Shown here: one piece after another, positions 1 to 9,689 of the stretch | Layout: the number at the start of each line of letters is the position of its first letter | How positions within the stretch are numbered: position 1 is the stretch's first letter | Origin: Deltaproteobacteria bacterium | GTDB taxonomy: Bacteria > Desulfobacterota > Syntrophia > Syntrophales > UBA2210 | Assembly (NCBI GenBank): GCA_019313695.1 | Contig: JAFDAS010000015.1 | Span: forward strand, 1-57,548 | Direction: 5' to 3' | DNA length: 57,548 bases | Notes under the pieces: model-generated | The model's input: only the letters and a program-made list of their open reading frames with translations | Database searches by the model: none | What the model was told of the DNA's origin: nothing | Translations under genes and position numbers: made by a program

Positions 1-110
1 TACCGGTAACGCTGCGAGGTATTAAAGCATGTTTACAACACAAAATATCACACCAGGAGGGTGACATTTTCTCATTGCAAAAAAGGTGACACTTTCACAT
101 TGCAGGAACA
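1..110 (+). mobile_element. Right end (IRR plus transposase C-terminus) of an IS1202/ISNCY-like insertion sequence
   Basis: Two related 20-mers GGTGACATTTTCTCATTGCA (60-79) and GGTGACACTTTCACATTGCA (85-104), ending in ACA at 110. The reverse complement of 85-110 matches 57437-57462 at 20/26. Open frame 3-89 ends ...EGDIFSLQKR* inside the IR. Confidence 0.7.
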
Positions 111-283
111 GAAAATTCTATAATTCTGGCAAGAAATAACGATGCAAAGTGCGGCAGATGCAAGGCGATACACTTCTGACAATGGCTTTTCACTTCAAAT
201 TGCCCTTAAAACTTCTTATGCGAAATAAATCTTGACTTTTCAGGGTTATTTGTCTAATTACCGCCACTTCAAGACGATTTCAC

Positions 284-348
284 TGGGGGATCGTCTACCG
301 GCAGGTCTCTGGAATCTGCCATCCAGGCTCTGATCGGCACCCCAGCCA
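284..348 (+). pseudogene. Degenerate tRNA-Gln(CTG)
   Basis: TGGGGGATCGTCTA start, CAGGT-CTCTGGA-ATCTG anticodon arm, CCCCAGCCA end. Only 65 nt; the 3' side of the D arm is missing and there is no GTTCGA T-loop. Confidence 0.7.
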
Positions 349-349
349 T

Positions 350-424
350 GGTCCCATCGTCTAGCGGTTAGGACGCTGGCCTCTCACGCCGGAAACCGGG
401 GTTCGATTCCCCGTGGGACTACCA
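350..424 (+). tRNA. tRNA-Glu(CTC)
   Basis: GGTCCCA/TGGGACT acceptor stem, anticodon loop CTCTCAC, GGTTCGATTCC T arm, encoded CCA. Confidence 0.96.
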
Positions 425-434
425 TGAATATAAG

Positions 435-470
435 AGAGGTTGGCTTTGACAAGCTGACCTCTTTTTTTTT
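435..470 (+). terminator. Intrinsic terminator of the tRNA transcript
   Basis: AGAGGTTGGCTT/AAGCTGACCTCT hairpin followed by a T run. Confidence 0.8.
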
Positions 471-530
471 CGAGATATGGCAATTCGATCAGGCAGGGCG
501 CCGGGATAAAGTGGGGGATACCAGACGCAT

Positions 531-572
531 AAAAAAGCACGGCCTTCAGAAATCAGGGCCGTGCTTTTCTTT
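531..572. terminator. Bidirectional intrinsic terminator downstream of hbd
   Basis: AAAAAAGCACGGCC...GGCCGTGCTTTT hairpin with A and T flanks. Confidence 0.8.
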
Positions 573-590
573 ATTAACAATACGTACCTG

Positions 591-1742
591 TTAGACTTCG
601 ATCTTGCCCTCTTTCATGAGCTTAGTGGGCTTGAAGATCTCCAGTTTGAATTTGTTGTAGAGTTCTTCCAGCTTCGCGTTCAGCACGTCGTAGCCGATCC
701 CCTTTGCCAGGGCGAAGGGACCGAAGGGTGAACCGCTGCCGTTTGCCACGGCAAGGTCGATCTCCCTGGGGTCGGTGCAAACACCCTCTTCGATGAGCTT
801 GGTGGCTTCGTTCACCTGCAGGGCGATCAGGTGATTTATGTCATACTCTTTGGTCGCCTTAGAAAGGTCGATTGCGGGCCTTCCCTGCGACCAGTCGTAG
901 AATCCCTTGCCGGTCTTCTTTCCCAGGTTGCCTGACTTGATGTATTCCGACATGGCATCGGATGGTTTGTAGTCCGGCGAAAGGACCTCGGCGAAGTATT
1001 CCATGCCGTGATAGGCGATATCGATGCCCACGTAGTCCAGAAGCTCGAAGAGTGCCATGGGCATGAAGGGTTTAATTGCCGCGTCGAACTCCTCCGGTGT
1101 GGGATGACCTGCCTCCAGGATCTTGGAGATAAAGGCCAGGGTGGGCTCGTTGACACGGTTGTAGATGAACCCGGGAGAATCCTTCTCGACAATGACGGGT
1201 ACCTTGCCGATTTTCTTTGCCAGTTCGTAGCCGATCTGGATCGATTCGTCCGAGGACTGAGCGCCCCGGGTGACCTCCACCAGCTTCATCAGGATGGCGG
1301 GGTTGAAGAAGTGATACCCGATGACCTTGTCCGGCCTGCCCGTTGCCTTCGCAATATCGGTAATGCTGATATTCGACGTATTGGAGGCGAGAATGGCATG
1401 TTTGGAGGCGAATTTGTCGAGTTCGGCGAAGACACGCTTCTTGAGTTCCAGTTTTTCCGGCACCGCTTCGATGATAAAGTCGGCATCCTTGACCGCCTCT
1501 TCGAGATCAACCACGGGAATCAGCCGCGCCAGCATGTCGTCATGGGCCTCGGGCGTGATCTTACCCTTTTCCTTGAACCTGGCAATGCTCTTCTTGATAC
1601 CTTCAACACCGCGGTCAACAAACCCCTGTTCGATATCTCGCAGCACCACAGTGTATCCTCCGAGGAGACAACTGGCGGCGATTCCATGTCCCATGTCTCC
1701 GGCGCCGATCATAGCGATCTTTTTCACATCTTCCAGTTTCAT
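591..1742 (-). CDS. 3-hydroxyacyl-CoA dehydrogenase (with repeated C-terminal domain)
   Basis: GAGDMGHG Rossmann motif, EAVPE, SNTS and HFFNP motifs. Start moved to MKLED behind an AAGGAG RBS. Confidence 0.9.
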   Translation of the reverse strand: MKLEDVKKIAMIGAGDMGHGIAASCLLGGYTVVLRDIEQGFVDRGVEGIKKSIARFKEKGKITPEAHDDMLARLIPVVDLEEAVKDADFIIEAVPEKLELKKRVFAELDKFASKHAILASNTSNISITDIAKATGRPDKVIGYHFFNPAILMKLVEVTRGAQSSDESIQIGYELAKKIGKVPVIVEKDSPGFIYNRVNEPTLAFISKILEAGHPTPEEFDAAIKPFMPMALFELLDYVGIDIAYHGMEYFAEVLSPDYKPSDAMSEYIKSGNLGKKTGKGFYDWSQGRPAIDLSKATKEYDINHLIALQVNEATKLIEEGVCTDPREIDLAVANGSGSPFGPFALAKGIGYDVLNAKLEELYNKFKLEIFKPTKLMKEGKIEV

Positions 1743-1767
1743 AATGCATTCTCCTTTGTATAATAAG

Positions 1768-2532
1768 TTATTCTCCCTTAAAATTGGGTGCACGCTTCTC
1801 CATAAAGGCGGTGAATCCTTCGATGGCGTCCTTTGACGATGATACCGCCTGGGTTCCTTCCCACTCCACCTTTGTTCCTTCGTCGAGTCCCTTTTCAAGG
1901 CCGGCAGTCACCGCTTTGAGGACGGCCATAACGGCAAGTGGGGGTCGCTGCGCCAGGAATTCGGCCATCCCCATGACATCTTTCATCAGTTCTCCCTCGG
2001 CCGAGACCCTGTCGACAAGACCGATTTCCAGTGCCTCCCGGGCGGTCAGGCGTTTGCTGAAAAGGATCAGCTCCAGTGCCTTCGATTTTCCCAGTATCCT
2101 GGGCATGCGCTGTGTCCCGCCCCACCCGGGGATGATGCCGAGATTGAGTTCCGTGAGACCGATCTTCGCGCCCTCCTGCATGACCCTGAAGGTCGCCGCC
2201 ATGGCAAGTTCGCAGCCTCCGCCAAAGGCATAGCCGTTGATTGCCGCTATGACCGGTTTGGGAAACCGGTCGACCTTCGTCCATACCTCCTGGCCCTTGG
2301 GACCCGCAATATGAGCCTTGGCGACGTCGCTGACGTCGAAGCCGGCGGAAAAACCCTTTTCACCAGCCCCTGTAATAATGAGTACCCTTACATCCTTGTC
2401 CTGCTCGGCATTATCGAGAGCCGCTTCAATATCGACCAGCGTGGCAATGTTCACCGAGTTTGCCGGTGGACGATTGAGGGTCAGCGTGGCGATGTGTCCC
2501 TGCTTCTCATAGCATATGTTTTCAAAATCCAT
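1768..2532 (-). CDS. Enoyl-CoA hydratase / crotonase
   Basis: LNRP, FSAGFD, AINGYAFGGGCE and ELNLGIIPGWGGTQR motifs. Confidence 0.93.
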   Translation of the reverse strand: MDFENICYEKQGHIATLTLNRPPANSVNIATLVDIEAALDNAEQDKDVRVLIITGAGEKGFSAGFDVSDVAKAHIAGPKGQEVWTKVDRFPKPVIAAINGYAFGGGCELAMAATFRVMQEGAKIGLTELNLGIIPGWGGTQRMPRILGKSKALELILFSKRLTAREALEIGLVDRVSAEGELMKDVMGMAEFLAQRPPLAVMAVLKAVTAGLEKGLDEGTKVEWEGTQAVSSSKDAIEGFTAFMEKRAPNFKGE

Positions 2533-2816
2533 AAATCTTCCCTCCCTTTCGTTGAATAATATATAATATGCTGTCTGTACGTGGAAATAAAAAAAGGAAA
2601 GGCATATTCACCTTTCCTTTTGTATAACGCTTATACACGCACAATCAGGACTGCTACGATCAATTTCATGGAGCACTGCCCCCTGTTTTTGACACCATCA
2701 GAAGTAGATATGGCATCAATCTGCCACAGGAACAGTTTCTATAAAGTAATCAGCCAAATGTCAAGAAAAGAGAATCCCCGTTTTCACCCTCCCGGTTTCA
2801 TCCCAATCAGGCCCGT

Positions 2817-2880
2817 CCTGATTGTTGCGAAGTGGAATCCTGTCATCTTACGATCATGCGGTGTTATCCGGCTGAGTCCT
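2817..2880. repeat. Direct repeat copy A (left island boundary; displaced copy of PPIase 3' end)
   Basis: 2817-2857 is identical to 11729-11769 (41 nt) and 2864-2880 is identical to 11780-11796 (17 nt). Confidence 0.9.
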
Positions 2881-3370
2881 GTTTAAGGTAAGTCAAGAAA
2901 AATGATATATCTAAAGTGTTGATATTGAATGAGTATATGCAAAGACAGGCAACGACGTCATGGCATTTTCGGACTATTCCATGGAACACGTCTTTCTCTT
3001 CGGAAAATACTTTTTCCTCTACCTGATTTCAGACAGAAAGTGACACGATTATATTGCAGTAACACATGCTAAAAAAATGCTTGACAAGAGTTCTTCATTT
3101 ATATACATGTCCCCCAAGAGGAAACTTTTGTTCACTAATACGATACACACCAGGGTCGGAGAAAGCTCAATAGATTGTTGACGCAGAACCTTTAGGAATC
3201 AAGAATAAATAAGTTATACAGATTGCGCCGTAATTTTGTTTGTTTTCAAGGCGTGTTGAAGCGGGTATAACGAGTTATGCAAGCTTTGACACAACACAGA
3301 AAACAAGCAAAAGGGCAAGCAAGGTGTATGAGTTATTTATGCTTGCTGACTTAATTCGAGGTACCGTAAA

Positions 3371-3928
3371 ATGATCAAAGAATCGGAAATCGGAAAGAAT
3401 ATACACAGATATCGGAAAGCCAGGGGCCTGACGTTGCAAGACGTGGCGGATGCGACCGGTTACTCCAAGGGATATCTCTCCAAACTGGAAAAATCCGACA
3501 ATGCCCCTCCTCTCAGCACGCTCACCCAAATAGGGAAAGTATTAGGGGTAACAACGTCTGCCTTGTTAGGGGAGTCTGTACGCCAAAACCCTATTTCTTT
3601 CGTAAAGAAGAGCGAAAGGATGGTCATCGTCGGTCGGGGAACAACATTCGGCCACTCCTATGAATCAATTGCCTACAAATACTCTGACCGAGGCATGCAG
3701 CCGTTCGTCCTGACCATGCCCCTCAACGCCAAGAGAAAGGTCCGTTTTCAGCATAACAGCGAAGAGATGCTTTTTGTCCTCCAGGGAACCATGAAATTCC
3801 GCCATGGAGACGAGGTATTTATTGTTGAAGAGGGGGATTGCGTATATTTCGATGGAAATATACCGCACTATGGAGAATCTTATGGTGATCAAGAAGCCGT
3901 CTGTCTAATGGTCTTGCTCGATCGTTAA
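3371..3928 (+). CDS. XRE-family HTH / cupin transcriptional regulator
   Basis: N-terminal HTH (LTLQDVA...SKGYLSKLE) plus C-terminal cupin (HNSEE...FDGNIPH). Confidence 0.92.
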   Translation: MIKESEIGKNIHRYRKARGLTLQDVADATGYSKGYLSKLEKSDNAPPLSTLTQIGKVLGVTTSALLGESVRQNPISFVKKSERMVIVGRGTTFGHSYESIAYKYSDRGMQPFVLTMPLNAKRKVRFQHNSEEMLFVLQGTMKFRHGDEVFIVEEGDCVYFDGNIPHYGESYGDQEAVCLMVLLDR

Positions 3929-3943
3929 GGAACCTGTAAAGAC

Positions 3944-4897
3944 ATGAAAGAAATTACCAAGATAGGAATTATCGGCGCCGGTCTGATGGGACACGGCATT
4001 GCCCAGATTTTTGCCTCACATGGTTACAGCATAAACATTTTCGACTCTGTTGGGGAAACCCTGGCTGCAGTACCGGGGAAGATACGAAGCAATTTCAAGG
4101 TTTTTCTCGAACTCGGCCTGGTCAGCGAAACCGATGTGGAAGAATGCCTGAAAAAAATAACCCTCAGCGACAACCTCGAGGCTTTGTCAGAGGGAGCGCA
4201 TGTCATCATCGAGGCCGTATCGGAAAACCTGGACCTCAAACGAAAGATTTTCAGCGAACTGGAACAATATGTGCCGCAGGATGCGATCCTCTGCAGCAAT
4301 ACCTCCGCCATCAGTATTACAGAAATCAGCGAGGGATTGAAACATAAAGCAAGATTTCTGGGAACACACTTCTGGAATCCCCCTCACATCATTCCCTGCG
4401 TAGAGATAGTCAAAGGTAAATATACCTCGGATACCGTATTTGAAACGATCTTTGAGTTAATGAAAAACGTAAATAAAGAACCTGTTCGTGTTCTGAAGGA
4501 CATACCCGGTTTCCTGGGAAACCGTCTTCAGCATGCTATGTGGCGAGAGGCAATATCCATGGTAGAAAAGGGTGTCGCCGAGGCGGAAGATATTGACAAA
4601 GTGGTGAAATACGGTTTCGGGCTCCGGTGTCCCTTTATAGGTCCATTGGAAACTGCAGATCTTGCGGGTATTGATCTTGACTATGCCGTACACGAATATC
4701 TTTTTCCATATCTTGAAAACTCTTCTGAACCTTCACCACTCTTAAAAGAAAAGATTGGCGCAGGAATGTTAGGAGTCAAAACGGGTCAGGGTTTTCACGC
4801 ATGGACCCCCGAAAAAGTGGAAAAAATTATAAATCAACGCGATTTGATCCTCTTGAAGATCAAAAGCGAAATTAATCAAGCTATTAATGACAAATAA
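3944..4897 (+). CDS. 3-hydroxyacyl-CoA dehydrogenase family protein (possibly free 3-hydroxy-acid dehydrogenase)
   Basis: GAGLMGHG, EAVSE, SNTS, HFWNPPH, GFLGNRLQ and FGLR..FIGP motifs. Confidence 0.88.
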   Translation: MKEITKIGIIGAGLMGHGIAQIFASHGYSINIFDSVGETLAAVPGKIRSNFKVFLELGLVSETDVEECLKKITLSDNLEALSEGAHVIIEAVSENLDLKRKIFSELEQYVPQDAILCSNTSAISITEISEGLKHKARFLGTHFWNPPHIIPCVEIVKGKYTSDTVFETIFELMKNVNKEPVRVLKDIPGFLGNRLQHAMWREAISMVEKGVAEAEDIDKVVKYGFGLRCPFIGPLETADLAGIDLDYAVHEYLFPYLENSSEPSPLLKEKIGAGMLGVKTGQGFHAWTPEKVEKIINQRDLILLKIKSEINQAINDK

Positions 4898-4966
4898 AGG
4901 AATAGGTGGATTCAATGGGATTGAATTGTCAAATTACTGACCAAATAAAGGGGGGGGAAGTTATTT

Positions 4967-5824
4967 ATGAGTGACATTCCTGTATTTTTCCTTCATGGCC
5001 TTGCCTATGCCGGACTGCTTTTTCTGGTTTCATCCGGGCTGACACTGGTTTTCGGCATGATGAACGTCCTGAACTTTGCCCATGCCGCCTTCTATATGCT
5101 GGGCGCCTACTTCTCGTATACCGTCCTCAGGATTACCGGTAATTTCTGGCTTTCCATTATTATCTGCCCGATCCTCTTGTTTCTGATTGGAGCACTGGTG
5201 GAACGCTTCCTTTTGCGGAGAGTCCATGCCTTCGGTCACCTTCATGAGCTGTTGCTTACCTTCGGACTTGCCTATATCATTACCGAGTCGGTAAAGTGGA
5301 TCTGGGGGAATTATCCTCTGGCAGTCAGCATCGGAGGTTTTTTGTCCGGCCAGGTCGATCTCTTTGGTCTGACATATCCTATCTACCGCCTTTTCATCCT
5401 GCTCTGCGCCGTCATCGTCGGTCTTATCATGTGCTTTGTGATTTATAAAACCAAGGTCGGGGTTATCGTCAGGGCCGCCGTAAATGACAGTGAAATGGTA
5501 AATGCCCTGGGAATCAATGTCTCCTCCGTCTTCATGAACGTCTTCGCGGCGGGCGCCGCATTGTCGGGATTTGCCGGGGTAATAGCCGGCCCCCTTCTCA
5601 CGACGTATCCCAATATGGCCAATGAAATCCTGATAGACGCATTCGTGGTCATTGTTGTCGGAGGTTTTGGGAGCCTCGGGGGAGCCCTGTTAGCATCCCT
5701 GATTATCGGCGAGCTGCAATCCTTCGGAGTTCTGCTGATACCAAAACTGTCCATGGCGTTGATATATATGCTCATGGCCGCTGTCTTGGTAATTAAACCT
5801 TCCGGTCTTTTTGGGGAGGAATAA
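4967..5824 (+). CDS. livH: Branched-chain amino acid-type ABC transporter permease
   Basis: GLTLVFGMMNVLNFAH and VVGGFGS motifs; hydrophobic. Confidence 0.9.
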   Translation: MSDIPVFFLHGLAYAGLLFLVSSGLTLVFGMMNVLNFAHAAFYMLGAYFSYTVLRITGNFWLSIIICPILLFLIGALVERFLLRRVHAFGHLHELLLTFGLAYIITESVKWIWGNYPLAVSIGGFLSGQVDLFGLTYPIYRLFILLCAVIVGLIMCFVIYKTKVGVIVRAAVNDSEMVNALGINVSSVFMNVFAAGAALSGFAGVIAGPLLTTYPNMANEILIDAFVVIVVGGFGSLGGALLASLIIGELQSFGVLLIPKLSMALIYMLMAAVLVIKPSGLFGEE

Positions 5825-5826
5825 CG

Positions 5827-6831
5827 ATGGATAAAAAACAATACACGAACTTTGGCATATGGGGAATTTTTATTCTGCTGATGGGGTTTGTAGTTCCGGT
5901 GTTTTTCCCAGCATATCGGGTAATTCTGGTTACAGAGGCTATTATCTTTTCTCTTTTTGCTATCAGCTACAACCTCCTACTTGGCTATGCCGGCCTTTTG
6001 TCATTCGGTCACGCGATGTTTTTCGGCACAGGCGCCTACGTTACGGCAATCGCGCTGGGCCATATAGAGGGCCTTCCTATTCTGGGAGCAGTGTTCATTG
6101 CAATATTGGCGACAACAGCAACCGGTTTCATAATAGGCAGTCTCCTTCTACGACACAAGGGTTCTTACTTTGCCCTTCTTACCCTTGCATTCAACGCGCT
6201 GTTCTATGTCATTGCCACCAAGTGGCATTCCATTACGGGAGGTGACGACGGCCTGAGCGTCACACGGCCTGATCTCAGCCTGGGATTCACAACGCTGAAC
6301 ATGTCAGACATCACAACTTTTTACTATTTCACCCTCATCATCGTCGGTCTGGCCATACTATTCTGCTGGTATTTCACAAAAACAGCGATGGGGCGAACTG
6401 TGCTCCTCATCAGGGAGAACGAGGAAAGGATGAAGTTTCTGGGTTACAACACGAACATCAGCCGATTGTATCTTTTTACATTTACCGGCGCCCTGGCAGG
6501 ATTCGCGGGTTCCTTTTATGCCCTGTTTTTTCAGTTCACATCCATCACTGCTATAAGCATCGATATGGGTACAGCAGCCTTGCTGATGGCATTCATCGGA
6601 GGTACCGGCACTTTTATAGGTCCCATCCTGGGGGCTTTTGTCTATATCTTCCTCCAGGATTTCCTCAGCGACTTCACCGATCGCTGGCCGCTTATCATGG
6701 GCCTTATCTTCATTCTTATGGTGCTCTACATACCGGGAGGGTTGTCCGGCTTGTTCCTCTCCATAAAAGAACGCCTCTCAGGGCGTAGGGCTGCAACCGG
6801 GCAAACAGAAACGGAAGGGCAGAATCGATGA
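5827..6831 (+). CDS. livM: Branched-chain amino acid-type ABC transporter permease
   Basis: GYAGLLSFGHA, YFALLTLAF, TGGDDG and IRENE motifs. Confidence 0.9.
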   Translation: MDKKQYTNFGIWGIFILLMGFVVPVFFPAYRVILVTEAIIFSLFAISYNLLLGYAGLLSFGHAMFFGTGAYVTAIALGHIEGLPILGAVFIAILATTATGFIIGSLLLRHKGSYFALLTLAFNALFYVIATKWHSITGGDDGLSVTRPDLSLGFTTLNMSDITTFYYFTLIIVGLAILFCWYFTKTAMGRTVLLIRENEERMKFLGYNTNISRLYLFTFTGALAGFAGSFYALFFQFTSITAISIDMGTAALLMAFIGGTGTFIGPILGAFVYIFLQDFLSDFTDRWPLIMGLIFILMVLYIPGGLSGLFLSIKERLSGRRAATGQTETEGQNR

Positions 6832-7580
6832 AACAGGCAAAGAACATTCTGGAAGTTAGAAATATCCACAAGGATTTTTCGGGTCTTCAAGTCCTTACGG
6901 GGGTAGATTTTACGGTTGCGGAAAACGAAAAGCATGCCGTCATAGGCCCAAATGGCGCAGGGAAAACCACTCTCTTCAACATCATTACCGGCAATTATAA
7001 ACCCTCGTCAGGTAAGATCATATTCAAGGAAACGGATGTTACAGGTAAACCCCCTCACATCCTTACCCGCATGAACATGTCCCGTTCCTTTCAAATAACA
7101 AATGTCTTTCCTGAAATGAGCGTTTTCGAGAATGTTCGCGCCGGCGTGAGATCCCGCCAGGGACTGCGGTACAACTTCTTGAAAAGACCGGAACGCGTCG
7201 CGGGGATAAATCAAAAGACCGAGGATATTCTGGAACAAGTTGGTCTCACTGACGTTATGAGTGAACCGGTCAGCGCCCTCTCCTACGGCCGGCAACGCGC
7301 CTTGGAGATAGGGATAACTCTTTCCACTGAGCCCGAACTGATTCTCCTGGACGAACCCACTGCGGGGATGACCCGGGAAGAAACCGCCGAGGCAATCAGA
7401 ATGATAAACGAGGTAACAACAGGTCGAACTCTTATCATCATAGAGCATGACATGGATGTCGTTTTTTCTCTTGCCGACACCATATCGGTTTTACATTACG
7501 GCACCATACTGGCCTCCGACAAACCCGACGAAATACGAAATGACCAGAAGGTCAAAGATGCCTATCTTGGGGAGGAATAG
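6828..7580 (+). CDS. livG: ABC transporter ATP-binding protein
   Basis: GPNGAGKTT, LSYG, LLDEPTAG, EHDM and AYLG. Confidence 0.92.
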   Translation: MKQAKNILEVRNIHKDFSGLQVLTGVDFTVAENEKHAVIGPNGAGKTTLFNIITGNYKPSSGKIIFKETDVTGKPPHILTRMNMSRSFQITNVFPEMSVFENVRAGVRSRQGLRYNFLKRPERVAGINQKTEDILEQVGLTDVMSEPVSALSYGRQRALEIGITLSTEPELILLDEPTAGMTREETAEAIRMINEVTTGRTLIIIEHDMDVVFSLADTISVLHYGTILASDKPDEIRNDQKVKDAYLGEE

Positions 7581-7582
7581 GA

Positions 7583-8296
7583 ATGCTGATAGACGTTAAG
7601 AAAATACATACCTACTACGGTAAGAGTCACATCCTGCATGGGGTTTCAATGCAACTGCAGAAAGGAGAGCTGGCCTGTCTTTTGGGTCGAAACGGCGTAG
7701 GAAAAACGACGACGCTTAAAAGCATCATGGGGCTTGCTCCCCCAGCGGGAGGCAATATCCTTTTCAACGGCCAGGAGTTGGTCGGCAAGGAGCCCTATGA
7801 AATTGCGCGCCTCGGAGTCGGGATCGTGCCTGAAGAACGGCGTATATTCGGCAGCCTGAGCGTTCACGAAAATCTCCTAATGGGGATAAAACCGGGAAAG
7901 ACCAAATCTTCAATTGAAGAAGGATGGACAGTCGATAAAATTTATGAATTGTTCCCCAAATTGAAGGAACGGCAGAACAACAAGGGAAAGCACCTCTCGG
8001 GTGGAGAACAGCAGATGCTGACCGTGGCCAGGACATTGATGGGAAATCCGGAGCTGATTCTCGTCGATGAACCGACGGAAGGTCTGGCCCCTCTGATTGC
8101 GAAAGATGTCCTGAATACACTTTCCATGGTTCGCGACTCGGGAGTTACGGTATTGATGGTGGAACAGAACTTTAACGCCGCCATCAAGATAGCCGATCGT
8201 TTCTATATAATGAGCAAGGGTCAAATCGTGTTTGAGGGGGACGAGCCTGCGCTTATGTCGGCAGAGGATGTCAGGAGAAACTATTTAGAAGTATAA
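7583..8296 (+). CDS. livF: ABC transporter ATP-binding protein
   Basis: GRNGVGKTT, LSGGEQQM, DEPTEGLAP and VEQN. Confidence 0.92.
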   Translation: MLIDVKKIHTYYGKSHILHGVSMQLQKGELACLLGRNGVGKTTTLKSIMGLAPPAGGNILFNGQELVGKEPYEIARLGVGIVPEERRIFGSLSVHENLLMGIKPGKTKSSIEEGWTVDKIYELFPKLKERQNNKGKHLSGGEQQMLTVARTLMGNPELILVDEPTEGLAPLIAKDVLNTLSMVRDSGVTVLMVEQNFNAAIKIADRFYIMSKGQIVFEGDEPALMSAEDVRRNYLEV

Positions 8297-8331
8297 TTGC
8301 AAAAAAACCACAACAAAAGGAGGAAGGTAAA

Positions 8332-9543
8332 ATGAAGAAAAAGGTATTTTTGAGTCTTGCAGTATTCATGGTTGCTTTTTGTTTTACGGCAACGGCACTC
8401 GCGGCAGACACCGTCAAGATTGCGGTAATGGAACCCCTCTCAGGCAGTTTTAAGGATATCGGTGATCGTTATTATGAGGGTGTAGAGTACGCCGTAACGG
8501 TTATTAACAGCCAGGGGGGTCTGCTCGGCAAGAAGCTTGAGGCTGTTCCTGTCGACAGTGAACTCAAACCGGACGTTGCGACCCGCAAGGCCACAAAACT
8601 CATGCTGAAGGATGGCGTTAAATTCTTCTGCGGAGGAACCGGCAGTTCAGTCGGTGGGGCAATGTCAGTGCTGGCGGAGAAAAATAACCTGATATACTGG
8701 ACATACGGGCAGGAGGCAGCCAGTTTGACGGGACCCAAATGTTCGAGAAATTTTTTCAGGACAGATTGCAATACAGATACACATTCATACGCCATGGCCG
8801 CCTGGGTGGCCAAAAGCGGTTACAAGAAGGTGGCTTGCATCGCGCAGGACTACTCCTTTGGTCAGGAAGGTACAACCGCTTTTAAAAGGAAACTGAAAGA
8901 ACTGGATCCTTCCATAGAGATCGCTGTTGAACTCTATCACAAGTTGGGTGAAAAAGATTTTGCTCCCTATGTAAGTCAGATTATTTCTTCGGGTGCAGAA
9001 ATTATCTTTACCCCCAACTGGGGAAACGATCTCACATTGCTCCTCAAACAGGCAAAACCCCTCGGCCTGAAGGCGAAATTCATTGGCTATTTTCTAAATG
9101 ACGATTACTGTATCAGAGGGGTGGCAAACGACAAAGCGGTTATAGGAAGTATCGCCTGCGAAAACTACATGCTCAGCATCCCCTTAAAGGCAAACCAGGA
9201 ATTCATCGAAGGATTTTACAAGGCCAAAGGATTCTATCCCTCCTGGCTCCGTGGAAAATCCTATACCGCTACCATGTTCTGGGCGGCAGCCGTAAAAAAA
9301 GCCGGCACGTTTGATGTTGATGCCATAATTGATGCATGGGAAGGCCTTACATACGAGGGTATCGCCGGTAAGTGGTACATGAGACCCTGTGATCACCAGG
9401 CACAGGTCCCCATGTGGATAGCCGAAATCGTCGAAGACAATGACTTCTTCAAACACGCCTATGTTGGGAAACCCACGATGATTCCCGCAAAGGATATCGA
9501 AGTCCCGTGTAATGAGACAGGGTGTCCGGGTCTGGCGAAGTAA
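8332..9543 (+). CDS. ABC transporter substrate-binding protein (Leu/Ile/Val-binding family)
   Basis: Signal peptide (ALA-A); PLSG, DYSFG and RPCDHQ motifs; position in operon. Confidence 0.9.
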   Translation: MKKKVFLSLAVFMVAFCFTATALAADTVKIAVMEPLSGSFKDIGDRYYEGVEYAVTVINSQGGLLGKKLEAVPVDSELKPDVATRKATKLMLKDGVKFFCGGTGSSVGGAMSVLAEKNNLIYWTYGQEAASLTGPKCSRNFFRTDCNTDTHSYAMAAWVAKSGYKKVACIAQDYSFGQEGTTAFKRKLKELDPSIEIAVELYHKLGEKDFAPYVSQIISSGAEIIFTPNWGNDLTLLLKQAKPLGLKAKFIGYFLNDDYCIRGVANDKAVIGSIACENYMLSIPLKANQEFIEGFYKAKGFYPSWLRGKSYTATMFWAAAVKKAGTFDVDAIIDAWEGLTYEGIAGKWYMRPCDHQAQVPMWIAEIVEDNDFFKHAYVGKPTMIPAKDIEVPCNETGCPGLAK

Positions 9544-9569
9544 ATAATGTTTATGTAAATTTAGTGTCA

Positions 9570-9608
9570 AAAATAGGCGCCACCCGTTTTTCAGGTGGCG
9601 CCTATTTT
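9570..9608 (+). terminator. Intra-operon stem-loop after the substrate-binding gene
   Basis: Perfect 15-bp inverted repeat AAAATAGGCGCCACC/GGTGGCGCCTATTTT. Confidence 0.75.
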
Positions 9609-9689
9609 CAAACCATGGGACTCACTCCATGGGGGCATATCGCAGGTATGCAGCAAGCGAATGCCGGAATCTCCAGGAGGTTTTAACAA

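Noticed and set aside
1743-1898. 52-aa N-terminal extension of the dehydrogenase ORF
   Set aside because: Overlaps crt in another frame; the true start at 1742 has an RBS and begins the Rossmann domain.
2581-2886. 101-aa ORF spanning the left island boundary
   Set aside because: No RBS or motifs; lies across promoter and repeat DNA.
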